Origin: Flavobacteriales bacterium
GTDB taxonomy: Bacteria; Bacteroidota; Bacteroidia; Flavobacteriales_F; PHOS-HE28
Direction of reading: 5' to 3'
Assembly (NCBI GenBank): GCA_016787995.1
Contig: JAEUTB010000205.1
Coordinates: 1 to 53,263, forward strand
Length of the DNA: 53,263 nucleotides
In this document: positions 28,784-40,076 of the stretch, piece after piece
How positions within the stretch are numbered: position 1 is the stretch's first letter
How the letters are laid out: each line of letters opens with the position of its first letter
The notes under the pieces: generated by a model
Seen by the model: the letters and a program-made list of their open reading frames with translations, nothing else
What the model was told of the DNA's origin: nothing
The model's database searches: none
Program-made: the position numbers and the translations under genes

Positions 28784-28883
28784 GTGCCTGTGACCGTACC
28801 CGCCCAGAACGCGGACCGGAAAGGGTTCTAGACCAGGCGTCGGATCGGCCTTTACACGGTGTTAAGCGGCCTTCATCCCACCA

Positions 28884-31064
28884 TCATGAACGAACGAATC
28901 GCCGGCAGTACACCGAACCTTGACTTGTGCGGACTTGAAGGAGGTAGCATCCGGAAGGTAATGTCGCGATATCGACGATGCCATCGGCCGCTTGTGGTCG
29001 GCTTGTGAAGATGACCCTGCCGTCCGCTGTTATCACCGAAAGGCGCTCGATCGTTCCGGGGAACTGGAACCGGATCTGTTCCGAAGCGGGGATGGGTGAT
29101 ACGATGAGGTCATCGGACATCGGTGTCAGGATCGCCGTGCTGAACTCCGCCACCAGTATGCTCGGCTCGGTGATGATCGGTTCGTTGTAGTCGAAGAAGA
29201 TGTTGGCGATGTTCTCGATCGCTGTGCCTGCGGCCAAAGGCAGGCGGGGCTTCAACCTGAACTTCATCAAGCCATGGCTGCCCGGTTCGTCGCTGGCGCT
29301 ATCCGGTAGTTGGATAGCATCGAAGCGCCATTCGATCACGCGGCCGGGTTTGAATGAAACGCTGAAGGGATGGGACGCCGCTCCTTGCTCGAAGGACAGC
29401 ATGTCCAGCTCGGACGCGATGGTATCGGTGATCACCACGAACTCCGCTGGGAAGGTGCCGGTGTTCTGGAAACGGATGGTGTAGTCGATCCATTCGTCCG
29501 CGTCGATGAAGTAGAGGTCGTCGCTGGCTCTCGAGCTGGTTACCGCGCGTTTGTCATTCGGATCGAAGCTGCCTACTACGACATCGACCGATACATCAGA
29601 GTCATTGGCTGTATTCCCGTCGGGCAGGGTGTTGTTCACCGCGAGGGTGCTGGTCAACGGCGTGCCCAGTGCCGTCCCGACCGGAGTACTCACGGTCACG
29701 TAAAAATTTGCAGCCTGAAAACTGATGAGCGGAGGAAGGCTCCAGGTCAGAATGTTCCCAGAGACCGTAGGAGCAGGATCACTGGAAAGGAAGGCGAGCG
29801 TAGGATCCAAAACAAGGGTCACGGTCACAGGACCGCTCATCTGGGGTGAGTTGTTCCGAATATGGAGGTGATAGTCCGTAGCGAAGCCCGGGCGAAGCAC
29901 ACCAGCAGAAAGACTCGCGCGCAGATCCAGTGGTTGTGTGCTTCCATTGGCCAGATCGATCACGCTGGCGTTCCCGCTCACGCTGAAGGGCACAGGTTGC
30001 ACAGCAGGGCAGATCGGTACCAACGTCGGATCGGTCTGTTCAAGCGTATAGTTGCCATTGAATAGTCCGAACGCGAATCGACCAGCGCCATCCGTGAGCG
30101 CAACTTCGTTCCCTGGTTGGATGGATAGGGTACTGTAGGGTACACCCACTTCGTTAGGATCTTTCACACAATCGCCATTCAGGTCGTAGAAGCTGGTCCC
30201 TTGCACGCTGCCACACGTTGGACCCAGATCAGGAACGGTCACCCAGATGGTGTCATAGCTGCATTGGCCCGGGTCCAGTGCTTCAGCTGTGTAGCCTAAC
30301 CACCAATGGATGCCATAGTAGCCAGGCTCAAGGTTCACGAAGTCCACCGACAAGCTTGCGGGGTCAGGCTGATTCGCTTGAGGTTGAAGCACCTGATCAT
30401 CGCGGATCAAATTCACCCAGGTCAGACCCGCAGGTGCCAGGCCAGAGGACTGCACGTGAATGGCACCGATGGGCACGTTCGAACAGGATGGTTCAACACT
30501 GGTGATCGATAGCGCAGGCCAATTCACGACCTGGGGTCCGTTCGAGCCGGAAATGGTTCCTGTACACCCATGACCATCGTCCACGGGATATTCGAAGAAG
30601 GACCCCCAACCATCTGGGTAGAAGATGAACGTCGGCCCGTTCAGTGTTGAACCCCACAGTGTCGCAGGGATCCCGTTCACCGTCCAAGTGTTGTTCATAC
30701 CCGAGACATAGGGGTCTTCGAGCAAGTTCCCCGGCGCAGCGCACCAGGCAACTCCCGTGCCTATGGCGGTGAGGTCATAGGGTTCGGAAAGCACATCCAC
30801 CGTGACCGAGGCTGTTTCCGAATTGGCATCAGTGACAGTGCATGTATAGCTCCCGGCGATCAGGTTGCTACGTTGAGGATACGAAGGTCCATCCGCCCAA
30901 CTGTAGTTGAAAGGAGGAAGACCTCCGGTCGCCAACACAGTGATATGCCCATTGCCGTAAGTACAGGTCTCATGGACCAAGTTGGTCACCTGGATATCCA
31001 GCACAGCGTGTACCCGGGCATTCGCGTCGTGAACGAGAAGAAGGAGGAGTACGATGCTGCGCAT
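28884..31064 (-). CDS. T9SS cargo protein (SprB-like repeat, DUF11/DUF7619-like domains), paralogue 4 of 4
   Basis: GGxPPFxYxW SprB-like repeat, [27 protein letters not shown]. Confidence 0.88.
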   Translation of the reverse strand: MRSIVLLLLLVHDANARVHAVLDIQVTNLVHETCTYGNGHITVLATGGLPPFNYSWADGPSYPQRSNLIAGSYTCTVTDANSETASVTVDVLSEPYDLTAIGTGVAWCAAPGNLLEDPYVSGMNNTWTVNGIPATLWGSTLNGPTFIFYPDGWGSFFEYPVDDGHGCTGTISGSNGPQVVNWPALSITSVEPSCSNVPIGAIHVQSSGLAPAGLTWVNLIRDDQVLQPQANQPDPASLSVDFVNLEPGYYGIHWWLGYTAEALDPGQCSYDTIWVTVPDLGPTCGSVQGTSFYDLNGDCVKDPNEVGVPYSTLSIQPGNEVALTDGAGRFAFGLFNGNYTLEQTDPTLVPICPAVQPVPFSVSGNASVIDLANGSTQPLDLRASLSAGVLRPGFATDYHLHIRNNSPQMSGPVTVTLVLDPTLAFLSSDPAPTVSGNILTWSLPPLISFQAANFYVTVSTPVGTALGTPLTSTLAVNNTLPDGNTANDSDVSVDVVVGSFDPNDKRAVTSSRASDDLYFIDADEWIDYTIRFQNTGTFPAEFVVITDTIASELDMLSFEQGAASHPFSVSFKPGRVIEWRFDAIQLPDSASDEPGSHGLMKFRLKPRLPLAAGTAIENIANIFFDYNEPIITEPSILVAEFSTAILTPMSDDLIVSPIPASEQIRFQFPGTIERLSVITADGRVIFTSRPQAADGIVDIATLPSGCYLLQVRTSQGSVYCRRFVRS

Positions 31065-31067
31065 AGG

Positions 31068-33302
31068 TCAGTGTTTTACGAAGCGTTTACGCGCGGAGGA
31101 CCCATCTTCCAGAGTGGTGATCAGGATATACGGACCGGCTTTCAGCGCTGCGACGTCAAGGACTATCGTGTTCGAGTAGATGCTGGTCGTGAGCACATGT
31201 CTTCCATCGGCCGCGAAGATGGACACATTGGTCATCAGGACTGATGTGCTCACCTGAAGCAGATCCTGTGTAGGTACCGGGGCCATGGAAAGGTCCTGCC
31301 CTGTCAAATCATCCACCTCTGTACTGAACTCCGCCACCAGTACGCTCGGCTCGGTGATCACTGGTTCGTTGAAGTCGAAGTAGATAGCGGCCGTGTTCTC
31401 GATCACATCACCTGGCAGCAGTCCGTTCCGTGGCTTCATGCGGAAGGCCACGAAGCCTTGGCTGCCCAACAAGTCCGTTGTACTGTCCGGTAATAGGATG
31501 TCGTTGAAGGTGAAGACCAGCTCGCGCCCCTCACCGAAGGAAGGGGTGAACGCATGCGAGGCGCCGAGGATCTGGAGGCTCTCGATGTCAAGGTCCTGTT
31601 CGATGATGTCGCGGATAACCACGGTGAACGCCGTGTCGCTGCCGGTGTTCTGGAAGCGCACCACATAGTCGATCCAGAGGTCCTGGTCCAGGTAGTATTG
31701 CTCGGTGCTCTGGCTGTTGTTGGCAGTGCCCACCTTGTCATTGGGGTCGTAGCTGGCCACGATGGTCCCTTGTCCCGTATCGGTATTGTTCACCATGCTG
31801 CTCTCGTTGGAGGTGCTGGTGGCAGTAGCGGACCAGCTATGTACGAGGCCGAGGAGCTGTGGGTCCGGCGGTACTTGCACGGTGAACTGCAGCCAGCGCT
31901 GCTCAAAGGGCGCGATCACCGGGATGTTCCATTGCACCTGCCCGGGCGTCGCTACGGGATCATTCGTCCCACTGATGAAGGTGAAGAGGGGGTCGTGCGT
32001 GAACGTGACGTTCACATTCTCGCCACTTGCTCCTGTGTTATTGATCAGGCGTACCGAAAAGGTGAACGGGATGCCTACGCGTGATATCCCTTGTAGGGCG
32101 TAAACGCTCAGATCGAAGGGCGAGAGCGTGGAGTCGGCGATGTTCAGCACGGCGTCGTTGCCGCTGCTCACCGTGAACGGGATCGGACCAGCGGGAGGGC
32201 ACAACTGCACTGCATCGGGGTTCAACTGCTCCAATGCATAAGCGCCGTAGGGTAGCCCGATGGAATAGTCGCCATTACCGGACGTGATGCCGTACACCGG
32301 TCCTGGTGTGGCCTTCAGGAGTTGGTAGGGAATGCCCACCTCAAGGCCGTCCTGTAAGCAATCCACATCGGTCTCGTAGTGAACGGTGCCGCTCACGGTG
32401 GCACACGCCGTTCCAAGGTCCGGAACTGTAACGGGCACATCGATCACGCAGGGCTGTTGTGCGGAACCCAAGCTTTCGATGGAGGTGAACCGCAAGGTCC
32501 AATCGCCTGGATGCAGACCGACGATCTGAAAGGTCTCGGTTCCGGCATGGAAGGGTAGGTTCGGGATGGGGGCCACTTGTAGGCCAAGGTCATCCACAGC
32601 GCGAACGGACCAGGAGTCCTCGCTCACGAGTGGTTCGGTCACCACGGTCACTTCGCCAGCGATGGTCCCGTTGTTCGCCCCGGTGCAGCTGCCGGTCACT
32701 TCGCCCACTGCTAGGGTAGGCTCGATCAATGCGGGTACGGTGAAGGAAACCTCTCCTGAGCCGCAACTGCTGTTCACGCTGAGCTGTATCGTTTGGCCAG
32801 CGCAGGCGCCGAGCAATTCATAGCGTTGGTAGTAGCTTACGTTATCCGGCTCACCGGAGTCCCAGATGGGACTGAGCACCACGTTGAGGTTGGGCGATGT
32901 ACTGACGGTGTATCCCCCGAACTGCCTGAGCAGGTAGAGTCGTACACCACCGTTGCATTGACCGGTGCAGGGCGCAAGACCCGGGAAACCGAGGTTCTGT
33001 GTTAGTCCGCTCCCTGTGGGAGGCGCACCGCCAAAGAACACTTCACAGGTCGCCGTGCTCGATGCACCCGTGTTGTCGACGACCGTCACGGAGTAGGTGC
33101 CGGGAAAGAGACCATAGATCTCTGAGCCGGTACTTCCGTTGGACCAGTTGAACGCGTAAGGTGGATCACCGTTCAGTGCAGTTGCGATAATGGCGCCGTT
33201 GTTACCGTCGCAGTCGGTGGCATAAACCTCCAAGCGGACCTCCAGTGCACGTGTAACGGTAGTCGAGGCGACCAGTGCTACGATCAGGAACAGGTTGCGC
33301 AT
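31068..33302 (-). CDS. T9SS cargo protein (SprB-like, DUF11/DUF7619-like), paralogue 3 of 4
   Basis: same architecture; SYDPNDK, RFQNTG, IYFDFN, CTD. Confidence 0.88.
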   Translation of the reverse strand: MRNLFLIVALVASTTVTRALEVRLEVYATDCDGNNGAIIATALNGDPPYAFNWSNGSTGSEIYGLFPGTYSVTVVDNTGASSTATCEVFFGGAPPTGSGLTQNLGFPGLAPCTGQCNGGVRLYLLRQFGGYTVSTSPNLNVVLSPIWDSGEPDNVSYYQRYELLGACAGQTIQLSVNSSCGSGEVSFTVPALIEPTLAVGEVTGSCTGANNGTIAGEVTVVTEPLVSEDSWSVRAVDDLGLQVAPIPNLPFHAGTETFQIVGLHPGDWTLRFTSIESLGSAQQPCVIDVPVTVPDLGTACATVSGTVHYETDVDCLQDGLEVGIPYQLLKATPGPVYGITSGNGDYSIGLPYGAYALEQLNPDAVQLCPPAGPIPFTVSSGNDAVLNIADSTLSPFDLSVYALQGISRVGIPFTFSVRLINNTGASGENVNVTFTHDPLFTFISGTNDPVATPGQVQWNIPVIAPFEQRWLQFTVQVPPDPQLLGLVHSWSATATSTSNESSMVNNTDTGQGTIVASYDPNDKVGTANNSQSTEQYYLDQDLWIDYVVRFQNTGSDTAFTVVIRDIIEQDLDIESLQILGASHAFTPSFGEGRELVFTFNDILLPDSTTDLLGSQGFVAFRMKPRNGLLPGDVIENTAAIYFDFNEPVITEPSVLVAEFSTEVDDLTGQDLSMAPVPTQDLLQVSTSVLMTNVSIFAADGRHVLTTSIYSNTIVLDVAALKAGPYILITTLEDGSSARKRFVKH

Positions 33303-33312
33303 GGTGGTGGTC

Positions 33313-35532
33313 TTATCGGGTTAAGAGCACCTTGGTCCGGAGAAGGTGTCCGTGTGTGGTATGTACTTCGGCGATATAGGCACCGGAGGCCAGGGCTGAT
33401 ACGTTCAGTATGGCTGCATCACTGTGCAACGCTTGGTGCAACACGATGCGACCGTTCATGTCGCGAAGTAGTCCATCGATCAAGGTGTGACCAGGAGCGC
33501 TAAGGCGCAGTGTTCCTTGTGAGAGGTCCGCGATGGCGATGAGCTGGTGGTCAAGCGTTCCGGATGCCGCCATGCCCGTACTGAACTCCGCCACCAGCAC
33601 GCTCGGCTCGGTGATCACTGGTGGGTTGAAGTCGAAGTAGATGTTGGCGATGTTCGACAACACTTCACCGGGAAGTAAGGGCAGGCGAGGTTTGATACGG
33701 AATGAGACGAACCCATGGCTGCGCGGCTCGTTCACATTGCTATCGGGGAGTTGGATGTCATGGAACGCCCACCTGAGTACATTCCCATCGCGAATGGATA
33801 GTGAATTCGCGTGGGAAGCAGCACCAGGTTCAAAGGTGGCCAGGTCGAGTTGTGCAGGAATGGTGTCGGTGATCACGACGTTGAAGGCTGTATCCGTACC
33901 CGTGTTCTGGAAGCGGATCGTGTAGTCGATCCATTCGTCGGTGTCGATGAGATAGCGCTCACTACTCTGTGTGCTCGTGCGTGCGGTCTTGTCGTTCGGG
34001 TCGTAGCTGCCGGTTACGACGGTGGTAAGTGCTGCGGCATTGTTATCTGGCAATACGTCCACGTTGCCGGTAGTGAGCGTGGCGTTGAAGTGCAGGTCCG
34101 TACCGAGCAGGCCGATATCAGGCGGCACCTGCAATTGTACATGCACCACGCGCTGTTGGAAGGAACTGAACGCTCCGATGTTCCAAGTGAGGGTATTGTT
34201 CGATACTGTGGGCACCGGGCTGGCGGAAATGAACGACAGCGCCGGGTCGAAGGTCAATGACAAGCTGCTCGCACCAGTGCTGGCCATTGTTAGGTTCGAT
34301 AGGAGGGCCGACAGTGCGAGCGGGAATCCCGGGCGCGCCGCTCCGCTGGCCAGGACCACTCTGGCATCCAATGGGACAAGAGCGGTATCCGCCACGTTAA
34401 GGGTCTGCAAAGCACTGCCCACAGCTAATGTGAATGGAGCCGGTGCTGAAAGGCAATGATCATCGAGCACAGCACTTTGCTGCTCCAACGTATACGCACC
34501 CAGCGGAAGGTTCACGCTATACTGCCCTCCGTTCGTGATGGTGTACACCGGACCCGGCAGGATCTCCAGCACCACACCTGTAACTCCGGGTTCGCCACCT
34601 TGCCATGTACAATTCTCATTGTTGTCCATGAACACGGTGCCGCTGATGTTGCCACATCCGTTGCCCAGGTCCGGTATCGTGAAGGGGGTGGAGAGGTTGC
34701 AACCGCTGCTTACCAGGAACGGGCTTTCACTCATGAACTGCGTCAAGAGGTAATCGCCGGGCGGAAGCGTGAACGTATTCGTGTATACCTGATCTCCCGC
34801 GCCTACCGAGTTGAGGTAATGACTATTAAGGTCCGTCAGTTTCACCTGAGTGAATTGCCCGTGCCCTTCCAAGCCGGTCTGGAAGGTGACGGTACCGTTA
34901 CTACCATTGGAGCACGCTCCTTGAATGTCCAGGATGTCAAGCTGAGGCCATTCCACCGGGTAACCGATGTACTCCTGAACGGTACCGGTGCAGCCCATAC
35001 CATCTTCGAAGGTGTATGTGACGGTCATGCCGTATTGCGTGGTCGATCCGCTCCACACATGAAAGGTGTCTATCGGCGAACCAAAGCCGTCATCGTAGAT
35101 GAACTCCTGCATGGGCTGTCCGTTCAACAGATACGGTGTCGGACCCATGAAGGTGCCTAGGAATGGATCCAACCCCGGGCCTTGCAGCACCACACCCGTG
35201 ATCCCGCTGTTGCACAAGCCTTGCGGGCCATTTTCACCAAGGTCGGTCAGTGCGTAAGGCACACCGCTAAGGATGATGTCGTCCGTGGCCTGATCACTAT
35301 TGGCATCGGTCACGATCACCGAATACGTGCCGGGGGCAACACCGGTGAGTACATCCGTTGTAGCTCCAGTATTCCACAAGAACGTATACGGTCCGACACC
35401 ACCGCTAGCCACCGCATGTATGGTGCCATTCGGATAGTTGCACGTGGGGTACGCGCTGGTGTACACATTCACGGTAATGGCGCTCACGAGAGGGCACCAT
35501 GCGACGAGGACTAGCGTCAGGAGTGTTTTCAT
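33313..35532 (-). CDS. T9SS cargo protein (SprB-like, DUF11/DUF7619-like), paralogue 2 of 4
   Basis: same architecture; [32 protein letters not shown]. Confidence 0.88.
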   Translation of the reverse strand: MKTLLTLVLVAWCPLVSAITVNVYTSAYPTCNYPNGTIHAVASGGVGPYTFLWNTGATTDVLTGVAPGTYSVIVTDANSDQATDDIILSGVPYALTDLGENGPQGLCNSGITGVVLQGPGLDPFLGTFMGPTPYLLNGQPMQEFIYDDGFGSPIDTFHVWSGSTTQYGMTVTYTFEDGMGCTGTVQEYIGYPVEWPQLDILDIQGACSNGSNGTVTFQTGLEGHGQFTQVKLTDLNSHYLNSVGAGDQVYTNTFTLPPGDYLLTQFMSESPFLVSSGCNLSTPFTIPDLGNGCGNISGTVFMDNNENCTWQGGEPGVTGVVLEILPGPVYTITNGGQYSVNLPLGAYTLEQQSAVLDDHCLSAPAPFTLAVGSALQTLNVADTALVPLDARVVLASGAARPGFPLALSALLSNLTMASTGASSLSLTFDPALSFISASPVPTVSNNTLTWNIGAFSSFQQRVVHVQLQVPPDIGLLGTDLHFNATLTTGNVDVLPDNNAAALTTVVTGSYDPNDKTARTSTQSSERYLIDTDEWIDYTIRFQNTGTDTAFNVVITDTIPAQLDLATFEPGAASHANSLSIRDGNVLRWAFHDIQLPDSNVNEPRSHGFVSFRIKPRLPLLPGEVLSNIANIYFDFNPPVITEPSVLVAEFSTGMAASGTLDHQLIAIADLSQGTLRLSAPGHTLIDGLLRDMNGRIVLHQALHSDAAILNVSALASGAYIAEVHTTHGHLLRTKVLLTR

Positions 35533-37805
35533 TGACCCTGTTTGATCAAGGAGCGGCGATGTGTATGTCCATCCGCCGTGTTCACAAAAAGAACGTAAGG
35601 ACCACAGGCGATGCCGGATAGGTCGATGCGGGTGCTCGTGGTGTTCATGGGGCGTTGATGCAACACCCTTCCGTCTGGTGCGGTGATCGATAGGCTTATG
35701 ATCGTCGATCCATCGGTGACGAGGTCGATGGCATCCGTGGCGGGATTGGGGAACACGGAGATGCGGTAACCTGTTGGTTCAATGGTGCGCTCCATAGTGG
35801 TCGAGAACTCAGCTACCAGCACGCTCGGCTCGGTGATCACCGGTGGGTTGAAGTCGAAGTAGATGTTGGCGATGTTGGTGATCTGGTCGCCTGGAAGCAG
35901 AGGCAGGTTCGGCTTTATCCGGAACGAGACGAAACCATGACTGAGCGGTTCGTTGATCGTGCTGTCCGGCAGGAGGATGTTGGCGAAGATGAACTTCAAC
36001 ACGCCTTGCTCCTGGAGTTGACGCGTGTGCGGATGTGAGGCAGCGCCCCATTCGATGGAACCGGGATCCAACGTGGTGGGAAGCGTATCCGTGATCACCA
36101 CGTTGAAGGCTGTATCCGTGCCCGTGTTCTGGAATCGGATCGTGTAGTCGATCCACTCGTCGGCATCGAGTATCCATGCTTCCGTGTTGCCTGTGCTGGT
36201 GGTGGCGCGTTTGTCGTTCGGGTCGAAGCTGCCCGTCACCGATTGTGCGGAAACGGCCGTGTTATTGCTCAGGTCACCATCGGTGTTCGCGCTGACGAGT
36301 TGGGCCGTGGTGGTGAGCGTGCTGCCGATCAGTTGCACATCGGGTGGCACTTGGGTGCGTATGCTGACGTTCCGTTCCTGGAAGACCTGGTTCATCACCA
36401 ACTGCGGAGTGGTCCACGTGAGCACATTTCCGATCACGCTGGTCGGGGTGGGATCAGCGGCGATGAGGCCGAGTGTGGGATCCAAGGTCACCGTCAGTGT
36501 AACCGTTCCAGTGGAAGAAGGGGTGAGGTTCTCCAGTGATAGGCCATAGTGGAGTTCGAACCCAGGGCGCGCCGGTCCATTCGCGATGTCGAGATCAAGG
36601 TCCAGCGGTTGGCCACCGGCGCAGCCCACGTTGAAGGTTTGCGAACCGGCAGCGAGGGTAACGTCACCCGCACAACTCTGCTCGAACACGGGGTGCTGTT
36701 CGGTCACGGTGTAGTCGCCGAAGTTCAGGCCGATGGAATAGTACCCGTTAGCGTCGGTGGTCACGTAGTAAGGCCCCGGAGTGATTTCCACGATGGTGCC
36801 GGGTATGCGGTTCTCGCCGCTACCCATGACGCAGTTCGCATCATCATCGATGAAGACGCGACCGTTCAGTCGGCCGCAATCGGTCCCCAGTGATGGTACG
36901 GTGACCATGAAGGAATCGGCACATGCATAACCTTCGAGTGCACCAGTGTATACGTTGAGCAGGTCGTTGGTGCTGATCAACCAATAGTCGCCCGGAAGCA
37001 AGTTGTTCACGGTGAACGTGGCCCCGGTGCTCCAATTCTCGTGTACCCTCGACCAGATGAGTTCTGAGCACTGGTCCGTGATAGCGGCGGGTCTAAGCAT
37101 CGTCTTGTGATCGTAGGCAGGCTGCGGGGGAACGGTGTAGGTGATGGATCCTGTGGCGGTGGAAGCACAGCTCGGCACCACCTCCACCACTTGGGGGTGC
37201 GGAAGTTCTTGGGTCGCTGGTCCAACCACCACCTGCACTTGGCCAGGACAACCATCGCCGTCCCAGAAGTCCACCAAATAGTATCCCGGTTCCGCTCCAT
37301 CGAATTGCAGGATGTGGTGCATCTCCCCGGGAGTGACTTGGCAGGGGGTGGACTGCAGCTCTCCCAAGAGCATGGGGTGCGAGAACGTATAGGGTTGTGG
37401 TCCATATTGGCCCTCTGGTGGTGGGAACGGCTCCAACGCGGTGACCCCGGTGAAGACCGTTGCCATGCCAGGGTCTTCGGGACAATGGGAAAGCGTGTAG
37501 AAAGAAGCTGCACCGGCACCGTTGTAGTCGGTCTCCAGAATGGTGAAATCCACTGTCACCTCCTCGGCTTGCGAGTCGGTCACGGATACGCTGTAGGTTC
37601 CCGGAAAGAGCCCCATGGCCCAGGAGTCGGTGGTGCCGTTGCTCCAAGCGATGGTGTATGGCGGCACACCCCCATCGATCCAAACAGCCGCTTGCCCCGA
37701 AGGGCGGCCGCAGAACGAATGGCGCATCACATCCACGGTGGCCGTCAGGGCCCACGCCTGCGCTGTAAGAAGGAGGCTAAGGAGTAGGGTAAAAGGTCGC
37801 TTCAT
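35529..37805 (-). CDS. T9SS cargo protein (SprB-like, DUF11/DUF7619-like), paralogue 1 of 4
   Basis: signal peptide MKRPFTLL; [30 protein letters not shown]. Confidence 0.88.
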   Translation of the reverse strand: MKRPFTLLLSLLLTAQAWALTATVDVMRHSFCGRPSGQAAVWIDGGVPPYTIAWSNGTTDSWAMGLFPGTYSVSVTDSQAEEVTVDFTILETDYNGAGAASFYTLSHCPEDPGMATVFTGVTALEPFPPPEGQYGPQPYTFSHPMLLGELQSTPCQVTPGEMHHILQFDGAEPGYYLVDFWDGDGCPGQVQVVVGPATQELPHPQVVEVVPSCASTATGSITYTVPPQPAYDHKTMLRPAAITDQCSELIWSRVHENWSTGATFTVNNLLPGDYWLISTNDLLNVYTGALEGYACADSFMVTVPSLGTDCGRLNGRVFIDDDANCVMGSGENRIPGTIVEITPGPYYVTTDANGYYSIGLNFGDYTVTEQHPVFEQSCAGDVTLAAGSQTFNVGCAGGQPLDLDLDIANGPARPGFELHYGLSLENLTPSSTGTVTLTVTLDPTLGLIAADPTPTSVIGNVLTWTTPQLVMNQVFQERNVSIRTQVPPDVQLIGSTLTTTAQLVSANTDGDLSNNTAVSAQSVTGSFDPNDKRATTSTGNTEAWILDADEWIDYTIRFQNTGTDTAFNVVITDTLPTTLDPGSIEWGAASHPHTRQLQEQGVLKFIFANILLPDSTINEPLSHGFVSFRIKPNLPLLPGDQITNIANIYFDFNPPVITEPSVLVAEFSTTMERTIEPTGYRISVFPNPATDAIDLVTDGSTIISLSITAPDGRVLHQRPMNTTSTRIDLSGIACGPYVLFVNTADGHTHRRSLIKQGQ

Positions 37806-37994
37806 GGGTGGTGGTTCGGTCCATGCGCACACCCGGGTCGGGAGAGGTTCGCTTGTGGGTTAGACGTACCATCCGGAAATGGATGCTTGAAGGTACGAAG
37901 CGACATCCAGAACCCTCCGTTGATGGCACCAACACATCGGAAGGTCCGGCCACCAAAGCTGAACCGACTTGCCTTCGTCGGCTGCGCAGTGCGC

Positions 37995-39530
37995 CTACGG
38001 CATCACCACGGTCGCCACCGAACGCAAGCCATCGCGATAGTGGGCTCGGACCACATAGGACCCAGGAGCCAACGCATGCACATCGATGACAGCGGGTGCC
38101 GAAGCGTTCCAGAAGTTCGATTGGACCACTTGTCCTGAAGTATCCAACAGCTCCAGGCGTATCGGGTCCTGCATTCCTTCCAGGTCGAAGCGGATAAGCC
38201 CGTCCGCACCGATCGGATTCGGATACACATGGAAGCGACGTGCCGTTGGCTGTTCTTTCACAGCACTCGTCACGCTGTTCTGGTAACGCACGATCACCAG
38301 ATCATTGGCCACTCCACCTCCGGCTAGCACTTGGCCATCGGCTTGCAAGGCCAAGGCCTCCACTTGAGTATAGTTGCCCGGGAAGGCTGTTACCACTTGG
38401 GCGATATTGTCCTCTACCCCGTCGGAGAAGGTAAGGTCAACGTCTCCGACGCTGGTAAAGCGCGTGAGCACGAAGCCGTCATCGGTACCGGCACCGCCGA
38501 GGATGATGCGGCCATCCGGCTGGTGGACCATGGCATTGGTGAAGGCGTATAGACCCACGGCATGGTAGAGTATGCCGTCTCCGTCAAGGCTGTTGTCCAA
38601 TTCTCCGTTCGAATCGAAGCGCACCAGCGTCTGGTTCACCGCACCCATGTTCTGGGTATGGCCGCCGAGCAGGATCTTGCCATCCGATCCCACGACCACA
38701 TTGGCGATGGAGGTTATGGAGGAATTGCCACCGAGGGCCACCGTGCCATTCGTACCGAACGTGCCATCCAACGTTCCATCAGCCAGCAAACGTGCCGCTA
38801 CGATACCAACGTTTCCGGGGCTGTCACCTTGTCCGCGGCCGCCCAGAACGATCCGCCCATCTTCTTGCAACGCGATGCCCTGAGCTTGGTCCGCCTGTGG
38901 CGTGACGTCGATCAACACGAGACCTGAAGTGCCGAAGTCGGTGTCGATGGTGCCATCCGCCAACAGCCCCCATATGAGCATTGATCCATTCCCTGCCTCG
39001 AGACGTCCACCAGCGATCAACAGCCGACCATCGGGTCGTACGACCATGGAGCTGGGGATATCCGAAGTAGCACCTTCCAGGATAACGCGCCCGTTCGTTC
39101 CGAATGATCCGTCAAGCGTGCCGTTGGAATTGAATCGCAGCAAGAGTATGTCACTCTGGGAAGTTGAAACGAAACGCTCGGCGAGTACTAGGAAGTTTCC
39201 GTCATCTAACAGCGCAAGATCTACCGCGTATTCAGTGTTCCCGTCATCGTGGATCACCACACCGGCGTTCCCGAACTCCGGATCCATGCCGCCATCCGGC
39301 AGGAGTCGTGCCAAGAGGATGTCACCCGCATTGTCGATGTAGGCGTATCCTCCAGCAAGGATGCGCTGGTCAGGCAGCACTTCCACAGCGCCGACCTCTA
39401 CGAATTCTGCGGCCACGGTGGTGCGTGCGATCCCGCCCATACCGAAGTCCATATCCAACCGCCCGGGTTGTGCCAGCACAGGGATCGAAAGGATGGCGGA
39501 TAAGTAGGGGAGAGTCCGGATCATGGTCAT
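37995..39530 (-). CDS. T9SS-secreted delta-60/DUF5122-repeat beta-propeller protein
   Basis: repeated QxDGRIxxxG..RxxxDGxLDxxFG; CTD VYPNP..LAPGSYVV. Confidence 0.88.
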   Translation of the reverse strand: MTMIRTLPYLSAILSIPVLAQPGRLDMDFGMGGIARTTVAAEFVEVGAVEVLPDQRILAGGYAYIDNAGDILLARLLPDGGMDPEFGNAGVVIHDDGNTEYAVDLALLDDGNFLVLAERFVSTSQSDILLLRFNSNGTLDGSFGTNGRVILEGATSDIPSSMVVRPDGRLLIAGGRLEAGNGSMLIWGLLADGTIDTDFGTSGLVLIDVTPQADQAQGIALQEDGRIVLGGRGQGDSPGNVGIVAARLLADGTLDGTFGTNGTVALGGNSSITSIANVVVGSDGKILLGGHTQNMGAVNQTLVRFDSNGELDNSLDGDGILYHAVGLYAFTNAMVHQPDGRIILGGAGTDDGFVLTRFTSVGDVDLTFSDGVEDNIAQVVTAFPGNYTQVEALALQADGQVLAGGGVANDLVIVRYQNSVTSAVKEQPTARRFHVYPNPIGADGLIRFDLEGMQDPIRLELLDTSGQVVQSNFWNASAPAVIDVHALAPGSYVVRAHYRDGLRSVATVVMP

Positions 39531-39614
39531 GGTTTTTTATCCATCGAGATGCATGGCGGATGTGAACGATCACCACAGAGCGGACGAAGGGGTGGTCCGA
39601 TCTCACCGCTAAAC

Positions 39615-39989
39615 GTGAACGCCAGGTTCATGGCACTTGCACTCCTAGCACCGTACGCGATCGAGACTACCGCCCAATGTGGTGAGCACTTCCTATAGCT
39701 ACCCGACAGTTACGGGGATGACTTGAACGGAGGCAACTTGGAGTGCTCATCAACGGCAACAGCATCGGCACCTTCGCGGCCGAAGGCACGGGTAGCTGAT
39801 CGGCACGGACCTCGGACACTGCCCTGTGAAGTGGTGTTACAGGATGTGCTGGGCCGCCAGGTGGCGCGTTTCCCAGTGCCACCGGGACCCATCGATATCC
39901 TTTGTCCTGTACCGACCGCTGGCGCTTACCTCTTCGCGTTGTGGGATGCGCGCGGGTTGGTGGAAGCCGGGAAGTGGGTGGCGCCGTAG
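39615..39989 (+). pseudogene. collapsed T9SS cargo pseudogene
   Basis: signal-like start, AQCGEHFL*LPDSYGDDLNGGNL with in-frame TAG at 39696; frameshifted VLINGNSIGTFAAEG; then a CTD-like tail LQDVLGRQV..GAYLF. Confidence 0.65.
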
Positions 39990-40076
39990 GTGTTGCGTTC
40001 GCATCGCTGGTGAGGTACCGGCGCCTCTCCGCTCCATACACCGGATCACCATCCATTCCGTAGTGTTGTGGTCGCA

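Noticed and set aside
28884-37805. Diversity-generating retroelement acting on the paralogues
   Set aside because: No reverse transcriptase is present, and differences between repeats are not adenine-specific
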